64,000 bases of DNA, taken from contig CP068257.2 in assembly GCA_009914755.4 (NCBI GenBank), forward strand, positions 44,384,001 through 44,448,000. Direction: 5' to 3'. Shown here piece after piece: positions 61,001-64,000 of the stretch. Origin of the DNA: the human T2T-CHM13v2.0 reference genome, Homo sapiens. Under the pieces are notes generated by a model, which was not told the DNA's origin, did no database searches, and worked only from the letters and a program-made list of their open reading frames with translations. Both the position numbers and the translations under genes were made by a program. How positions within the stretch are numbered: position 1 is the stretch's first letter; the number at the start of each line of letters is the position of its first letter.

Positions 61001-61767
61001 GCGTACCGCACTCCCCGCTGTCTCACTCGCTCCCCTGGGCATTGGCCAGAGCCACTCCGAGGCTCTCACCGGCCTCTCCTCCCTGCCAGGGGTCTCGGGG
61101 CCACAACTGATGCACGTCCCTCCCTCCATTCCGAATCCCCCCACCCGCAGCAGCTATCACCCGGGCAAGTCTCAATGGCTCCCCTGGGGCATGGCTCAAG
61201 CCCTGTGGCCAGTACAAGGGGGCACGGGGCACCAGGCGAGACGCCTGGGTTTCACACGCGTGCCCCCGGCCAATGCCTCCTGCCAAGACGGTGACTTCCC
61301 TTCTTACCTGCTGGTCCTGGGACATAAGGAGTCCAAAGTGCCCTGGCAGCAGATAGAACACCGGGTCTAAGGACACCGGGTCTAAGGGGACTCGGAGGAC
61401 AAGACCTTCAACCCCGCAGAGATCAGAGGTGCAGGGCAGGAAGCACCACATTCTCCCAGGACTGCTGGGAGTGACCGGAGTGGGCATTTCCGCTCCCAGC
61501 CTTGGGTTCCTGGACCCATCAATTCTTCCTGATGGGATGCAGCACATACAAGCGCCTGATTCTGCACAGACACTGCACCCTGAAGGAGCCATCCGCCCCC
61601 CTGCAAGCCCCACTCTAGTCGGGGACCCCAATGACATTGTAGTCTCTGAGTAACAGATTCAGACTATGCGTCCAGTTGTCTTCACATGTCTGAACCTCCT
61701 CCTTTCCGTCTACAGCCACCCAGTTAAATAACAGCGGATAATTTTCTTCCTGCCCATCGACCCATCT

Positions 61768-62941
61768 GCGTGTGTGTGCATGCATGCATGTGTGTGTGTG
61801 TGTGCATGTGTGTGCATGTGTGCCTGGGTGTGTGCACGTGCATGTGTGTGCATGTGTGCCTGGGTGTGTGCACGTGCATGTGTGTGTGCATGTGTGTGTG
61901 CACGTGTGTGTGCATGTGCCTGGGGGAGTGTGTCTGTGTGCATGTGTGTATGCACGTGTGCCTGGGTGTGTGCACGTGCATGTGTGTGCATGTGTGCCTG
62001 GGTGTGTGCACGTCCATGTGTGTGCACGTGTGTGTGCGTGTGTGTGGGTGTGTGTGCATGTGCCTGGGGGAGTGTGTCTGTGTGCATGTGTGTGTATGCA
62101 CGTGTGCCTGGGTGTGTGTGCATGTGCCTGGGTGTGTGTGCACGCATGTGTGCATGTGCCTAGGTGTGTGCATGTGTGCCTGGGTGTGTGTGTGCACGCC
62201 TGTGTGAGCATGTGTGCCTGGGTGTGTGTGCATGTGTGAGCAAGTCCATGTGTGTGCGTGTGCATGTGTGTACGTGTGTGTGCATGTGCCTGTGTGCGTG
62301 TGCATGTGTGCCTGGGTGTGTGTGGGTGTGTGCGCATGTGCCTGGGGGAGTGTGTCTGTGTGCATGTGTGTGTATGCACGTGTGCCTGGGTGTGTGCGTC
62401 TGTGCATGTCCCTGGGTGTGTGTGCACGCATGTGTGCATGTGCCTAGGTGTGTGCATGTGTGCACACGTGTGTGCATGTGTGTGCATGTGTGCACACGTG
62501 TGTGCATGTGTGTGCATGTGTGTGCATGTGTGCCTGGGTGTGTGTGCACGCCTGTGTGAGCATGTGTGCCTGGATGTGTGTGCATGTGTGTGCAAGTCCA
62601 TGTGTGTGCTTGTGTGCATGTGTGCCCGTGTGTGTGTGCGTGTGTGTCTGGGTGTGTGTGCGTGTGTGCATGTGCGTGTGTGCGTGCCTGGGTGTGTGTG
62701 CACACGCATGTGTGTGCATGTGTGCCTGTGTGTGTGCACTCGTGTGTGAGCATGTGTGCCTGGGTGTGTGTGCATGTGTGTGCAAGTCCATGTGTGTGCT
62801 TGTGTGCCTGTGTGTGTGTGTGCATGTGCGTGTGTGTGCATGTGTGTCTGGGTGTGTGCATGTGCGTCTGTGTGCATGTGTGCCTGGGTGTGTGTGTATG
62901 CACACACATGTATATGCATGTGTGACTGGGTGTGTGTGCAT
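61768..62941. repeat. Complex TG/CA-rich tandem array (~1.17 kb) of alternating purine-pyrimidine units such as GTGTGCATGTGTGCCTGGGTGTGTGCACG
   Basis: Direct reading. The 505-aa minus ORF (HTHTHAH) and the Cys/Val-rich + ORFs are repeat translations. Confidence 0.95.
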
Positions 62942-63772
62942 TGTGGGGGGTGGGGGGAGTGCTGAACGTGCCTTCGCAGTGACAACTCCAACTCTAAGTC
63001 GGTACCACAGGGCTCATTCTCGCCTTCCTTCCCTGTGTGTCTAACGCTTCCTCTCCAGTCAGGAGAAACCTGCTTCATGCCACCCACCGTCTCCTTACTG
63101 ATCTGTTCGACCCTGGAATTCACGTGAAGCATTTTCAGAATTGTACCTCGTGAGAAACAAATGAATCCAGAAAGTCAACCAGAGGGTGATGCAGCACATG
63201 GTGGCTCGGAGCACACAGCCTCTCCGAGGCCATCACAGACGCACTGGTGTGGGGGGCTCCCCTCAGACCCTCAGCGATGGCACTTTCTGTAGGCCGCGGA
63301 GGTAGGGGCCGCAGAGCCAAGCTTGCTAGCATCCATGGGACGCTGAGGCCCCAAATAATAGAGACCAGATGGCAGCGCTTACCCCCAGGGCCGAGCTGAG
63401 GGGGCGGCCAGAGGCGCTTGGCCTGCAGGGAGCCGTGGAGGCTGGCGGAGCACGGCACCCTGGGAAAGGTGGCAGGGGCAAGAGGGTCACACAGGTCATA
63501 GGCCAGCCCAGCGGGCAGGGCCCTGCACGTCCTTCTCACTGGCACCTCTGCAGGACCCGAGAGGGGGCATGGCCCAGAAAAGGTGTTCAATAATTGTTGT
63601 CTGAGTGTGTAATAAAGGAACAAATGAATGATTGGAAAATTCACAGACTGCTTCCCCGACTACATGGAGGGAAAAGGGTAACCATTTGGTACATGGTAAA
63701 GTTCAAGCATCAGAAATGCCGGATTAAATTGAATAAATGTGCCAACGATTAATTCAGTGGCTTCAAGAATTA

Positions 63773-64000
<228 letters not shown>

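Noticed and set aside
61615-63132. 505-aa minus-strand ORF rich in His/Thr (HTHTHAHT...) and the Cys/Val-rich + ORFs of 119-198 aa
   Set aside because: These are translations of the 1.2-kb TG/CA-rich alternating repeat. Composition is dictated by the GTG and CAC codons

Overview
This window is primate (human or great-ape) nuclear DNA, not prokaryotic sequence. The provided six-frame ORF track is therefore uninformative. Every ORF longer than about 200 aa is a low-complexity translation of a tandem repeat. Evidence for primate origin is at least 19 Alu or Alu-monomer copies in both orientations, several with A-rich tails. There are also multiple old LINE-1 (L1M-type) fragments in + orientation, MaLR LTRs (THE1/MST- and MLT1-like) and one MIR. 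I found no CRISPR arrays, rRNA, tRNA, operons or recognisable protein-coding genes. The unusual feature is a very high density of GC-rich minisatellites (VNTRs). There are about 20 independent tandem arrays in 64 kb, with units of 9 to 80 bp. Several are over 1 kb: a 39-bp array of 2.3 kb, a 30-bp array of 1.55 kb, a TG-rich complex array of 1.2 kb and a 55-bp array of 1 kb. Some arrays show higher-order periodicity or inverted flanking duplications. Old transposable elements in the window carry unusually many CpGs. Taken together this suggests a subtelomeric or otherwise recombination-rich GC-rich region, but the locus cannot be named without a database search. Coordinates are from manual reading and carry an error of a few bp.
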